64,000 nt of DNA. Source: a virus (taxonomy: Duplodnaviria > Heunggongvirae > Uroviricota > Caudoviricetes). The notes under the pieces are model-generated. The model did no database searches. It saw only the letters and a program-made list of their open reading frames with translations, and was not told the DNA's origin. Shown piece after piece: positions 46,830-56,485 of this stretch. The stretch covers positions 1-64,000 of IMG/VR virus record IMGVR_UViG_2879469214_000007; one strand, written 5' to 3'. The stretch's first letter is position 1, and every line of letters begins with the position of its first letter. The translations under genes were made by a program, and so were the position numbers.

Positions 46830-47477
46830 TTATAGAACCTCTGCCGCAATTTGCGACCAGCTCTCAAGCTTGCTATGCACTTCTGGCTTCATTAGGTCAG
46901 TGATTGATAACCAAAAACCCTCAAGCTGTTCTGGTTCATTCACTTCGACAGTTACATCTTCCTCGATGTCGATTACAACCAGTACACCGATATGAACCTT
47001 ACTTACTTCTTGAGAATCGTCATTAATAAGACCGATAATCTCTGTTTCTCTTGCTCCCGGTCCAATCTCAAGTTCCTCGCTCAACTCACGCTCAAGATTG
47101 TCAGTTAGAAGCGTGTAAAAAGAGAAGTCTTCAATCAGTGCTTTTTCTTCTTCCGGCATGTCATTCATATGACCACCTACGCCGATAGACAGCTTATCGT
47201 GCAGACGAGTTTCGCCGCCGCCAGCCAAGCGTTTATAAACGAAGATTTTGTCACCGCGTCTGATTACTGCATAAGGAATTGGCTGTTTAAAATCTACATC
47301 CACTTCCGCATCCCCTCGACGCATCGTACCGTAATGGTTCTCCATGTTATTGATGATTTCCATTCCTTGGCTTACGCTCTCTCCGTCATTCAAAAGCGTT
47401 CCTTGGAAGGCAAGCTTTTCGTTTTTGAATAGCTCGTTACGTGGAACCACCACAATAATTTCATCCATTTTGTTCAC
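46830..47477 (-). CDS. hypothetical protein
   Basis: 215-aa acidic ORF, preceded by a conserved promoter element. Confidence 0.4.
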   Translation of the reverse strand: MNKMDEIIVVVPRNELFKNEKLAFQGTLLNDGESVSQGMEIINNMENHYGTMRRGDAEVDVDFKQPIPYAVIRRGDKIFVYKRLAGGGETRLHDKLSIGVGGHMNDMPEEEKALIEDFSFYTLLTDNLERELSEELEIGPGARETEIIGLINDDSQEVSKVHIGVLVVIDIEEDVTVEVNEPEQLEGFWLSITDLMKPEVHSKLESWSQIAAEVL

Positions 47478-47483
47478 TTGTTT

Positions 47484-47530
47484 TATGTCTCTCCTTTGTT
47501 GTCTTATAATTATATTATAATTGAATTATA
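47484..47530 (-). promoter_or_regulatory. conserved phage promoter element (minus-strand copy)
   Basis: The reverse complement reads TCCTTGCCAAATTCG TTATAATTCAATTATAATATAATTATAAG, giving a TTGCCA -35 box, a 17-18 nt spacer and a TATAAT -10 box. Confidence 0.55.
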
Positions 47531-47571
47531 ACGAATTTGGCAAGGATGAATACAAATAAAAAAACAGGGGG

Positions 47572-47835
47572 TTAACCCTGTTTATAAGTGTCAATTAAGC
47601 TATCCAGTTGTGATTGGTTAAAGCCGCTTACACGAGCTAGCTCATTATTGTCATCGCTCATAAGGACCGTTACCGGAACACTCATGATATTAAAATCAAA
47701 GGCGGTATCCGGGTCATCAAAGATGTTTACATTCTCAACATCCACAATGCCTTTAGTGCTCAGATAAGTTGCTACCGAATTACATGGAGCACATCCATTT
47801 TTATAAAATTTGATAATTCTCATTGTATCCTCCAA
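47572..47835 (-). CDS. nrdH: NrdH-like glutaredoxin/thioredoxin-fold redoxin
   Basis: MRIIKFYKNGCAPCNSV contains the CxxC redox motif. The gene is adjacent to nrdF. Confidence 0.6.
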   Translation of the reverse strand: MEDTMRIIKFYKNGCAPCNSVATYLSTKGIVDVENVNIFDDPDTAFDFNIMSVPVTVLMSDDNNELARVSGFNQSQLDSLIDTYKQG

Positions 47836-47839
47836 TATA

Positions 47840-48829
47840 TTAATTGACTATAAATTCGTCTTCGTAATTCATATTAAAGTCCTCATCACGCAATGGCTCT
47901 ACAATACCACTCACATAGAATCCTTTGGTTGAGAAGAAGTCGTGAGTGCTAAGCGTATTCAGACCGTTCTCTACAATTGGGTTAATCTCTTCATTATCAT
48001 AATAAGGTTCCATGCCCAAGTTCATCAGGGCTTTATTCGCGTTGTAGCGCAAGAAGCGTTTTACTTCTGTATCTAAAGAAATCTGTGCGTATATCTCTTC
48101 TGTGTACAGATATTCGTTATCCATTAAGTCAAATAATAGACGATAAGTTTCGTCAGTAACTTCTTTTTTATCTGCTTCGGAAAGTGTTGTATAAATCTCT
48201 TGCGCAATCATTCCGACATACAAGCCGTGTATTGCTTCATCCCTCAAGATTAGGTTAATAATTTCACCACTATGAACCATGCGACCCGGAGCTTGACCAG
48301 CCAAATACAACGGGAAGAAGAATCCGCTGTAGAACAAGAATGATTCCAGCAAAACGGATGCAACCATTGCCATATACAAATCTTTTGGTGTGTCGGTCTT
48401 TTTATAGTAGCGAGTAACTACCTCTGCTTTATATTGCAGATATTTATTTTCCTTTACCCACTCGAAAACTTCGTCGATTTCCTCTTTAACTAACAATGTT
48501 GTAAAGATAGTCGAATAACTTTTCGCGTGCATCGACTCCATCATTCCCATAAAGCTTAGCACAGCCTTGCGCTGTAACTCTGGTACTGCATAGGCAATAC
48601 TTGGCATACCGATAATGCTTTGCTCTGTATCAAGGAGGGTTAGACCTCCAAGGACTTTCTTATAAACGTCCCTTTCTTCCGGCGACATGCTTCTCCAAAC
48701 TTTAGAATCTTTGCCGGGGCTAAACTCAGTATCTTTCCACATTTGAAGCCAGTTCTGGTCCCAAAATGCTTGAGTGAAAGTGTCGATTTGTTCGTTCCAG
48801 TTTATTGCTTCGTGAATCCTTGTTACCAT
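47840..48829 (-). CDS. nrdF: ribonucleotide reductase class Ib beta subunit
   Basis: Di-metal carboxylate/His motifs are ESMHAKSY and DEAIHGLYVGMIAQE. It is adjacent to nrdE and nrdI. Confidence 0.8.
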   Translation of the reverse strand: MVTRIHEAINWNEQIDTFTQAFWDQNWLQMWKDTEFSPGKDSKVWRSMSPEERDVYKKVLGGLTLLDTEQSIIGMPSIAYAVPELQRKAVLSFMGMMESMHAKSYSTIFTTLLVKEEIDEVFEWVKENKYLQYKAEVVTRYYKKTDTPKDLYMAMVASVLLESFLFYSGFFFPLYLAGQAPGRMVHSGEIINLILRDEAIHGLYVGMIAQEIYTTLSEADKKEVTDETYRLLFDLMDNEYLYTEEIYAQISLDTEVKRFLRYNANKALMNLGMEPYYDNEEINPIVENGLNTLSTHDFFSTKGFYVSGIVEPLRDEDFNMNYEDEFIVN

Positions 48830-48893
48830 TTACATTCTCCTTTTTATTATATAGGGGAAAGGAGCCGAAGCCCCTTCCTCGCTATGGAACCAA

Positions 48894-50984
48894 TCAGACA
48901 CTACACGACAAGCATTCATCAACCGAAAGCAGTTTTGTTCTTGTATAGTAAAGCCCTCTCAAACCTTTTCCACGGGCATAGGTGAAGTATTGTGACAAGT
49001 CCCTTGTTGTTTTATCGCTACTTACATACAGGATAGTGGAAATACCTTGGTCTACATGTTGCTGAATAACTGCTACCAAGTCGATATACTTGAACATATC
49101 CATGTCGTAAGCTTCCTTGTAATAAGGAAGATTTTCATTTGTCATGTAAGGCATCGGGTAATGCGTGGTGCTATCCCCGTACTTCCTTGTTTCTACTTGC
49201 TCAGTGATTGGCGCGATACTGGCAGTTGCTCCTTGTACATACGAGATACTACCCGTAGGTGCGATTGCCATTCTATAGGAGTGCGCTAGACCGTTCTTCT
49301 GAATAGCTACTGCAAGTTCCGCCCAGTCTTCTGGCGTTGGAACATATATGTTTTCAAATAGCTTTTTAACCTTGTCTGTTCTCGGGCTAAAGCTATTGTT
49401 GGTATATTTATTAAAGTAGTTGCCGTTTGCGTACTCCGATTTCTCGAAGCCGTAGAAAATGAATCCCTCTTCGACAGCAATTTCCATTGAGCGCTTTAGA
49501 CTATAAAAATTGACCATCATGAAGAATGTATTTGCAAAGTCCTTTGCTTCTCTACTTTCGTAGGCAATGCGGTTCTTAGCTAGATATCCGTGAAGGTTCA
49601 TAGCACCCAAACCGACTGAACGCATTAGGTCATTCGCATTCTTCACAGAAGGAACAACATCAATAGATGTTTGTTTTGCCACCGTGTTAAGAGCATCCAT
49701 AGCAAGCGATACACTTTCATCAATCAAGCCGCTTTCCATCACATTTGCGATGTTCAGGGAGCCAAGGTTACAGGAAATATCCATTCCATATTGGCTTTCC
49801 AAGTTGCGAGATTTGATTTCAGATGGAGTTTGAATCTGATAGATTTCATTACAGAGGTTCGACATGATGATTCTGCCGACACCCTTGAGTGCGTTATACT
49901 TGTTTGCATTGTCAACAAACATGAAGTACGGGTATCCGCTCTCTTGCTGAATTTGAGCAATCTTTGTAAGCATTTGTCTTGCATCCAGCTTCTTCTTGCG
50001 GACATTTGGATTGTCTATGAGCCTGTCATACCATTCCGTCATATCCATATCGTCCATGCAGATGCCATATTCTTTTTCTACACTGTGAGGGTAGAATACA
50101 AAATACGGTTTGTCTTGCTCTGCTAGCTCGAAGAACTTGTCAGGAGCAATAACGCCAATGGACAGGGTTTTCAGCCTTACATTTTCGTCTGCATTAATTT
50201 TCTTAGTATCCAAGAAGCTCTCAATGTCAGCATGGAAGATGTTTAGGTATGCTACCCCGGAGCCGTTTCTTTGCCCAAGCTGATTGAAGTGGTTGAATGT
50301 ATTCTCAAGAATCTTCGCCACACCAATCGGGCTACTTGCGGCACCCTCTACATCTTTAATGGCTTCACCCTCAGCACGAAGCTTGGAAAGGTTAATCCCT
50401 ACACCGCCACCAAAGCGGCTAAGCTGTGAGCTGGCTTCTACAACATACATAATTCCTTCTGTTGTATCTGGAGTATCCAATAGGAAGCAGGATACTAGCT
50501 CACCTGACCTTTCGCGCCCAACATTCAAGAAGGTTGGAGTTGCTGGTTGATAACGCTGACCGATTAAGTTGTCAATGTGCCTTTTTGCTTTATTGAAGTC
50601 TCCTTCTCCAAAGAACAAAGCGTTGATAGCAACGCGGTCTTCATAGCGCTCTAAGTATTTGGAGCCATCGTCCGTTTTGAGCGCATAGTTGTTGTAAAAC
50701 TTGAAAGCACTCATGTATGATTGGAATCTGAACTTCTTAGCATAGGCTAGCTTGAATGCCGCCTTGATTTGTTGGAATGTATACTGGTCAAAGATGGCTT
50801 TGCTGTAGTATTTATTCTCAATCAGGAAGTCCAGCTTCTCTTTAAGGTTATGGAAGAAAACAGTATTTTGATTTACATGGTCAATGAAATAGCTTCGTAC
50901 TGCTTCCTTATCTTTCTCGAATTGATACCTGTCGTCTTTTTTTATCTTAACTTGGTTGTTAAGTTCAATATATCTTTCTGCCAC
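48894..50984 (-). CDS. nrdE: ribonucleotide reductase class Ib alpha subunit
   Basis: The active-site motif is MSNLCNEI. A C-terminal Cys pair (LSCS) is present. The 696-aa length is typical for NrdE. Confidence 0.85.
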   Translation of the reverse strand: MAERYIELNNQVKIKKDDRYQFEKDKEAVRSYFIDHVNQNTVFFHNLKEKLDFLIENKYYSKAIFDQYTFQQIKAAFKLAYAKKFRFQSYMSAFKFYNNYALKTDDGSKYLERYEDRVAINALFFGEGDFNKAKRHIDNLIGQRYQPATPTFLNVGRERSGELVSCFLLDTPDTTEGIMYVVEASSQLSRFGGGVGINLSKLRAEGEAIKDVEGAASSPIGVAKILENTFNHFNQLGQRNGSGVAYLNIFHADIESFLDTKKINADENVRLKTLSIGVIAPDKFFELAEQDKPYFVFYPHSVEKEYGICMDDMDMTEWYDRLIDNPNVRKKKLDARQMLTKIAQIQQESGYPYFMFVDNANKYNALKGVGRIIMSNLCNEIYQIQTPSEIKSRNLESQYGMDISCNLGSLNIANVMESGLIDESVSLAMDALNTVAKQTSIDVVPSVKNANDLMRSVGLGAMNLHGYLAKNRIAYESREAKDFANTFFMMVNFYSLKRSMEIAVEEGFIFYGFEKSEYANGNYFNKYTNNSFSPRTDKVKKLFENIYVPTPEDWAELAVAIQKNGLAHSYRMAIAPTGSISYVQGATASIAPITEQVETRKYGDSTTHYPMPYMTNENLPYYKEAYDMDMFKYIDLVAVIQQHVDQGISTILYVSSDKTTRDLSQYFTYARGKGLRGLYYTRTKLLSVDECLSCSV

Positions 50985-51004
50985 TTACATTATCTTCTCC
51001 TATA

Positions 51005-51364
51005 TCAGTCTAAACGCAAATTGTCCAAGGCTTGCTTAAAGCTCTTGATGTCGTTGTCAGTTCCGAACAATTCAAATTTTAGAAGAATAGGCACACCATA
51101 CATTACCGAAATTATCTCTGCACTTTTTGCAAAATTATTGCCCCAGTTGCGATTGCCGCTTGAAGCAACACCTACTAAGTTCTTATGATTTTTCTCTAGG
51201 AAGTCTAGGGTTTTCTGTGGAACCATACCCATTCCAGTCGTGTAGGTGATTAATGCGAAAGGCTCGTCAGCATAATCAATTTCGCTTATATTAAAAGCAT
51301 CCATCTCTAATTTGCCGACAAACCTTTTCACATTCCCCGTTCTACTATCAAAAGCAATTTTCAT
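51005..51364 (-). CDS. nrdI: NrdI flavodoxin-like protein
   Basis: MKIAFDSRTGNVKRFV is the NrdI N-terminal signature. It lies immediately upstream of nrdE. Confidence 0.8.
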   Translation of the reverse strand: MKIAFDSRTGNVKRFVGKLEMDAFNISEIDYADEPFALITYTTGMGMVPQKTLDFLEKNHKNLVGVASSGNRNWGNNFAKSAEIISVMYGVPILLKFELFGTDNDIKSFKQALDNLRLD

Positions 51365-51615
51365 TACTTGGAGGATTTGCTGTTTGCCATTGCCTTGCGT
51401 TTTGCCGCATTCTTCGTCAGAGTGCTACCGGCTTTGCTAGAACCCTTAGCCAAGTAAACACCATCCAGCTTTACACGCTCACGCTTCGCAATGCGTTCTG
51501 CTTGGTTAACCGCTCCAACACGGCTTGTTTCAGTTAGCGGGAGCATCACACTTACATAGCTCACAACGCCATCTTTACCTTTAACTCGCTTAGTCCCTGT
51601 ACCGTAGAATTTCAT
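51364..51615 (-). CDS. small basic hypothetical protein
   Basis: 83-aa ORF rich in K/R with a basic C-terminal tail. Confidence 0.3.
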   Translation of the reverse strand: MKFYGTGTKRVKGKDGVVSYVSVMLPLTETSRVGAVNQAERIAKRERVKLDGVYLAKGSSKAGSTLTKNAAKRKAMANSKSSK

Positions 51616-51666
51616 ATAAAAACCTCTCCCTAAATCAATTTTTAGATTATATTTATAATATAAGTG

Positions 51667-51960
51667 TTACTTGATGATTTCCCAGTCTTCCGCCAAAACA
51701 TCGGCTTGAGACGCTATCCATCCCGGTTGCCATTGCCCTGCCGCTGTCCACATTGCGATATAAGGTTGTGAATCTAACGCAACACCTTCTCCAATGTGCT
51801 TACTGGTACGACCATTTACAACCCCTGCTTCAAGATACAGAGCTGGCATAAGAGCAACCCACATGCCCTTACCATTCCATCCTTGACGAGCAACTTTATT
51901 CCCAGCTTTTAAAGCTTCAATTGCTTTCCCAAAATCCAAATTTCTGCCCTCCTTATCCAA
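51667..51960 (-). CDS. DUF2829 family protein (Tad2-like, candidate anti-Thoeris gcADPR sponge)
   Basis: LDFGKAIEALKAGNKVARQGWNGKGMWVAL...DVLAEDWEII matches the DUF2829 hallmarks. The anti-Thoeris protein Tad2 is the reference member of DUF2829. Confidence 0.55.
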   Translation of the reverse strand: MDKEGRNLDFGKAIEALKAGNKVARQGWNGKGMWVALMPALYLEAGVVNGRTSKHIGEGVALDSQPYIAMWTAAGQWQPGWIASQADVLAEDWEIIK

Positions 51961-52270
51961 TAGAAACTACTTCGTCAACAGTCAAAACAGGATACCATTT
52001 TTCATCCTTACCTTTACGCTGACCGTAAGCCCCTTTAATGTGAACCTCTGCGCCTTCTACTACACCAGCCATTTGCTCAGCGACTTCTCCGAACGCTTGG
52101 ATGTCCATGCGGTTAGTGATTTCTGCTGTACCGCGTGTTTCTGTAGCTTCTACACGACAGCCATTGAAGTAGGCTGTGCCACTTTGACCGTAGTCGAACG
52201 TAATTGGAAAACGCTCATGGATGTTCTTTGCTGTACCCTTAATTTCCATACGAATAAATTGTTCTGACAT
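51953..52270 (-). CDS. hypothetical protein (possible OB-fold ssDNA-binding protein)
   Basis: 105-aa ORF in the replication cluster. The fold assignment is a guess. Confidence 0.25.
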   Translation of the reverse strand: MSEQFIRMEIKGTAKNIHERFPITFDYGQSGTAYFNGCRVEATETRGTAEITNRMDIQAFGEVAEQMAGVVEGAEVHIKGAYGQRKGKDEKWYPVLTVDEVVSIG

Positions 52271-52383
52271 TTTGTAAATCTCTCCTTAGTTGTTTTCTTT
52301 GTTGTTATCTTATATTTATATTATAACACATGATATTCATGTGCCACAAGGATAAAACCTATATGAAACTTGCAAGGCAAGTG

Positions 52384-53550
52384 TTATTGAGAAACATATC
52401 TTTTGGCTGAGCTGATTGATTCCCAAGCTTCATCAAAAGTTAATTCATCAGGGTCTTTCCCGTTCGGTGCTTCAATCGTATATACGTCGACATAACGCTT
52501 CAATTGTTCGCAAACTCTTCTGGCACCAGACTTCCCGGCTCCGTCTGCATCAAGGAATACTTTTACCTTGAACGCTGAGGATATAGCTAATGAAAGCTGT
52601 TCAGGTGTTAGGGATGACCCCATGACTGCTACTACATTATAAATCCCATATGACCATAGACGAGCTACGTCCCAAGGTCCCTCAACCAATATCAGTTCTT
52701 TTTCTTCCCTGATAAAAGGGAGAGCATTATTGTAATTATATAGTACGAAACCTTTGTCAAAATCAAGTTTATGCATCCATTTATTATAACGCTTAATAAG
52801 CGATGAATTATCAGTGGCTAGCCGACCACTCCATCCAACTAAGCTTCCGGTACTATCCCTGACTGGGAAAATAACTCGTCCGGGGAAGTCTTTGAACTTA
52901 AGCCGATATGGTTCGTCTACGCCTTCATGTGAATAGCCAATTTCAAAGAAATCTAATATATAATCATCGAATTGCCGAGTTGAAACATATTCGCACAATG
53001 GAAGCATTGCCTTAAACATCTCAATCTCAGATTCGTCAAATACCTCAAGTTCTACCTGTTGATTAACCTTTGCCATAGTTCGCATCCACTTCTGATTATC
53101 CAACTTATCAATCATATCCTTGTTATAGGCTGATGTGGATTCATCCAGCGGGATACCCGCAATTTCAGATGCGATTCGAAGTGCCTTTGTAAAGGAGCAC
53201 GCCCATTTACTTAGGTTTTGCTCTTTAGCTTTCTGTTCCTCCATCAACTTGATGAAAAGAAATAGGTCACGCGGAATTGGGGTTCCGTCCTTCGGAACAA
53301 AGAACCATTCATGTGACTGTTCCCCGCAATGATGTGTAAAACATGTGAATTGCTTGGTGTTCAGGTCAAAGGAGAAAGCTGTTGGGTTATCTCCGCCGTG
53401 TAAAGGACAAGCGCACCTTACCTTGTCGTATCTATAATTTCTGTCTGCGATATCAACACCGTAATACTCTAAGAGCAACACGGGGTCAATCTTTTCCCTT
53501 ATCAGTTCCTTTACTACAGAAAAATCCATTGTACTGCTCCCTCCACTCAA
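52384..53550 (-). CDS. dnaG: DNA primase (DnaG-like: CHC2 zinc finger + TOPRIM)
   Basis: The zinc finger is CACPLHGGDNPTAFSF...CFTHHC. The TOPRIM region is LILVEGPWDV...VFLDADGAG. Confidence 0.75.
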   Translation of the reverse strand: MSGGSSTMDFSVVKELIREKIDPVLLLEYYGVDIADRNYRYDKVRCACPLHGGDNPTAFSFDLNTKQFTCFTHHCGEQSHEWFFVPKDGTPIPRDLFLFIKLMEEQKAKEQNLSKWACSFTKALRIASEIAGIPLDESTSAYNKDMIDKLDNQKWMRTMAKVNQQVELEVFDESEIEMFKAMLPLCEYVSTRQFDDYILDFFEIGYSHEGVDEPYRLKFKDFPGRVIFPVRDSTGSLVGWSGRLATDNSSLIKRYNKWMHKLDFDKGFVLYNYNNALPFIREEKELILVEGPWDVARLWSYGIYNVVAVMGSSLTPEQLSLAISSAFKVKVFLDADGAGKSGARRVCEQLKRYVDVYTIEAPNGKDPDELTFDEAWESISSAKRYVSQ

Positions 53551-53577
53551 CCTAATCCACTCCTTGAAAATCTAAAA

Positions 53578-54363
53578 TTATACGAATGATACCAATAGCT
53601 GGTCAACATGCTCTCTTGAGAACAAATTATCAATCGTGTCTTGATGAACTTGCCCTTCTCCATCCATCGTGAAGAATCGGGAGCCTTTCTTATCCTGATA
53701 AAACTTCATCAGTTCCTTAAGCGGCTCGAAATCATCACCAAGGCAGGACGGGTTTAGCTCATACGAAATAGCTTTAATCTTGCCCTGCTCAATCTTGTTT
53801 GCCATACCAAGGAATGCCTGATATTCTCCACCTTCGATATCCATTTTAATGAAGTCAATAACCTCTTCATGCGCCAAGTGTTCATCAATACTAACAGTAT
53901 CAACACTGTAGCTTGCTAGATTGTCAAAAGGAGCAAGGGTTAAAAACGATTTTGCCATTGTAGGATTCGTACCGCCGCTACCGCGAAATCTTTCTGGCTC
54001 ATAGAAGGTGATTTTCCCTTCCTCGGAGCTGACAGCCTTATTATAAATTTCCGTATTCCCAAGATAGTTCATGTGGATGTTCTGCATAAGAAAACGGAAG
54101 TTCTTTTCCCCAGCTTCATATCCGTATGTCTTCTTGGAATACTTGCCTAACAGGACTGTTGTGTATCCAATATTTGCTCCGATATCTACCGTCACCATGC
54201 TCTTGTCGATAGCCTTCATGACAAAGTTTGTAAAGGCTATATCAAAGCATCCGTCGATTAATAGGTCTGGTGTAAGGCTAATATCATCAGATGGTGCATA
54301 TAGCTTCCCTCTCCATATTGGAGAAATAAGAACTCGACCATCGCCAACATAAGTTCCGTGCAA
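53578..54363 (-). CDS. FkbM-family SAM-dependent methyltransferase
   Basis: VTVDIGANIGYTTVLL and FIKMDIEGGE match Methyltransf_21 (FkbM). Confidence 0.55.
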   Translation of the reverse strand: MHGTYVGDGRVLISPIWRGKLYAPSDDISLTPDLLIDGCFDIAFTNFVMKAIDKSMVTVDIGANIGYTTVLLGKYSKKTYGYEAGEKNFRFLMQNIHMNYLGNTEIYNKAVSSEEGKITFYEPERFRGSGGTNPTMAKSFLTLAPFDNLASYSVDTVSIDEHLAHEEVIDFIKMDIEGGEYQAFLGMANKIEQGKIKAISYELNPSCLGDDFEPLKELMKFYQDKKGSRFFTMDGEGQVHQDTIDNLFSREHVDQLLVSFV

Positions 54364-54393
54364 ATTAAGCGCCCCTTTTTCTATATTATATTT

Positions 54394-54912
54394 TTACTTA
54401 TAATTCCTTGGGTCTATCACAATCATCTTTCTGTTCTTCTCGCGAGCATACTCAACTGTGTGCCCTGTGCCGGAGCGACCCAAGTCTCCGTTCCAGACTG
54501 CCATGACTAAGCCAGATTCATCCACCATTGCCTTGTCTCTCACAATCATTTTCCATGCGGCGTATCCCGGTTCACACACATTGACAACCTTATTGCATCT
54601 TTCCATGATGCTGAAATATCGCTTCTTGGATTCCTCGAACCACTTTACCTCTTGCCCCTCAAAAGGAGCGAATAGCTCAAGCGTGATATCAAGACCGACT
54701 TCATCACGGAAATATAGCACTTCTTCTGCCGCCCATGTATCAACCCCTAATGCACCACCAGCAATGAATCTGGTGTATCCTCCATGTAGGATTGCATTAA
54801 GGATTTCAGCATTTAATTGGTCTTTTACATATTTGGCAATTGGATTGTTTTCATCGTAGCCGCCAAGCTTGTTTGGACGATGACCTGTGAAACAAATCGT
54901 TTTATCAATCAA
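54394..54912 (-). CDS. YpsA/DUF1273 (SLOG superfamily) protein
   Basis: KTICFTGHRPNKL is the TGHRP signature. The glycine-rich segment IAGGALGVDTWAAE is typical of SLOG/YpsA. Confidence 0.55.
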   Translation of the reverse strand: MIDKTICFTGHRPNKLGGYDENNPIAKYVKDQLNAEILNAILHGGYTRFIAGGALGVDTWAAEEVLYFRDEVGLDITLELFAPFEGQEVKWFEESKKRYFSIMERCNKVVNVCEPGYAAWKMIVRDKAMVDESGLVMAVWNGDLGRSGTGHTVEYAREKNRKMIVIDPRNYK

Positions 54913-54952
54913 AGAACACCCTCCATATTATAATTTAATTATATTATAAGTG

Positions 54953-56485
54953 TCAACCAGCTAGACTTACATTTCGTACTTCAATCATACGGGTGACTCC
55001 CTGCCTTATTGTGTAATCAATCCATCCGGTATAGGCACCACCATTACGGCTTTCACCCATCTTCCAGATAAGGTTTCCATTCTCCCTACCGTCTGCCGCA
55101 ATCTCGTCCTCAGCCTTTTTATAGAGGAAGGAAAGCTCGTTAACATACATTACGATTCGGTTCGAACCGGACATGTGGGAGCTGTTTACATCGCTCAATC
55201 CGTGCGCTGTTCTTGGGTTCAACTGAGCGTAAGCAAGAACTGGAATGTTCAACAAGCCAGCGGTTTTGTTCTTAAGCATGTTGGTAATAGCACCCAATAC
55301 TTGGTATTCATTAACATTCGCATTCTTAGAAGATTCATCCGGCATCTTGATGTAGTCAAATATCAGAAGGAACTGATTCTCGTATCCGTTCCATTCAACA
55401 CCATGCTGACGCTGGAATTTACGAGCCAGATTGTGTACTTTTTCTGGCGTAAAGTCAGGCATATATACATGATAGAATGGGGAGTTTTTAATCAGGTCTT
55501 TCGCAATATCTACAGCTTCGCTCATTGCCTGATTATTCTTGAACAATCCTTTTGTAACCGCGCTCTCAGGGACAACCGTTCCTGTGATTTCAGTAGCAAG
55601 TATAGAAATCAAACGGTCAATTTGTTCTTCTGTCGGCATCTCTGTATCAATATACAGAACCGGAATGCCAGCATGAATAGCCACATTTTTAGCTACATTT
55701 AGTGCATGGGCGGATTTCCCTGTTTTTGCTGTTGCCGCCACTACTTTTAATCGTCCCGGTACATATCCGCCAGATTGACGGTCATACTCTGCAAAGCCAG
55801 AAGGCATTCCCAAAATCTCACGAACATTGTTTTGGCGCTTTTCTACGACGACATCCACCAGACTACCTACGTGGACGATTTCATCAGAGCCATTGCTACG
55901 CATTACGATATCAAGAAACTTTTCTTCTTGTCGTGCAACAAAACTGTCTGTGTCCTCATCTTCATTCTCTACCGCTTCATCCATTACGGTTGCCGCCTTC
56001 ATGAATGCTTCACGGCGGACAGCGGCTTGTTTCACCTTGCCAACAAAGAATTTAAGATTCTCTTCCCCGGCTTCTGTGCGATGCAGGGTTTCCAAATAGT
56101 GAAATCCCCCGATGTCGTCAAAAATGCCTGAGCTTTGTGCAATACTTCCGATTACAGTAGGGTTAACTTGACTGATGTTGCTATACTTATTGTCTAAGAC
56201 ACCTAGCATGATTTCATAAATACATCTATTTGAGAAGTTGGAGAATGATTCAGGTTCCAGCTCCGTACAAATATCAAATAGTGTTTCTGGATTCCTCATG
56301 CCGATACTTATTACTGCACGCTCTGACCCGACATGGGCAATACTATCATATTTCCTTTGCAATTCCTCATTTAATACAGGCATTGTTACTTGTTCCCCCT
56401 TGCTGTTATTGAAAGGGAAGCAATTAGCTTCCCCCATCGGTGTACTTATGAATGTTGCGGTTTCTGCCTTCCATTCGTCGGTCAT
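54953..56485 (-). CDS. dnaB: replicative DNA helicase (DnaB family)
   Basis: Walker A is AATAKTGKSAHALNVA. The RecA-like core is LLIFDYIKMP. The 510-aa length fits the family. Confidence 0.75.
   Translation of the reverse strand: MTDEWKAETATFISTPMGEANCFPFNNSKGEQVTMPVLNEELQRKYDSIAHVGSERAVISIGMRNPETLFDICTELEPESFSNFSNRCIYEIMLGVLDNKYSNISQVNPTVIGSIAQSSGIFDDIGGFHYLETLHRTEAGEENLKFFVGKVKQAAVRREAFMKAATVMDEAVENEDEDTDSFVARQEEKFLDIVMRSNGSDEIVHVGSLVDVVVEKRQNNVREILGMPSGFAEYDRQSGGYVPGRLKVVAATAKTGKSAHALNVAKNVAIHAGIPVLYIDTEMPTEEQIDRLISILATEITGTVVPESAVTKGLFKNNQAMSEAVDIAKDLIKNSPFYHVYMPDFTPEKVHNLARKFQRQHGVEWNGYENQFLLIFDYIKMPDESSKNANVNEYQVLGAITNMLKNKTAGLLNIPVLAYAQLNPRTAHGLSDVNSSHMSGSNRIVMYVNELSFLYKKAEDEIAADGRENGNLIWKMGESRNGGAYTGWIDYTIRQGVTRMIEVRNVSLAG

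Noticed and set aside
42344-50984. Looked for inteins or group I intron-interrupted ORFs in dnaE and nrdE, as seen in SPbeta-family phages
   Set aside because: Both ORFs are continuous and of normal length (1313 aa and 696 aa). No Cys/Ser...HN splice-junction blocks or embedded LAGLIDADG/HNH ORFs are visible.
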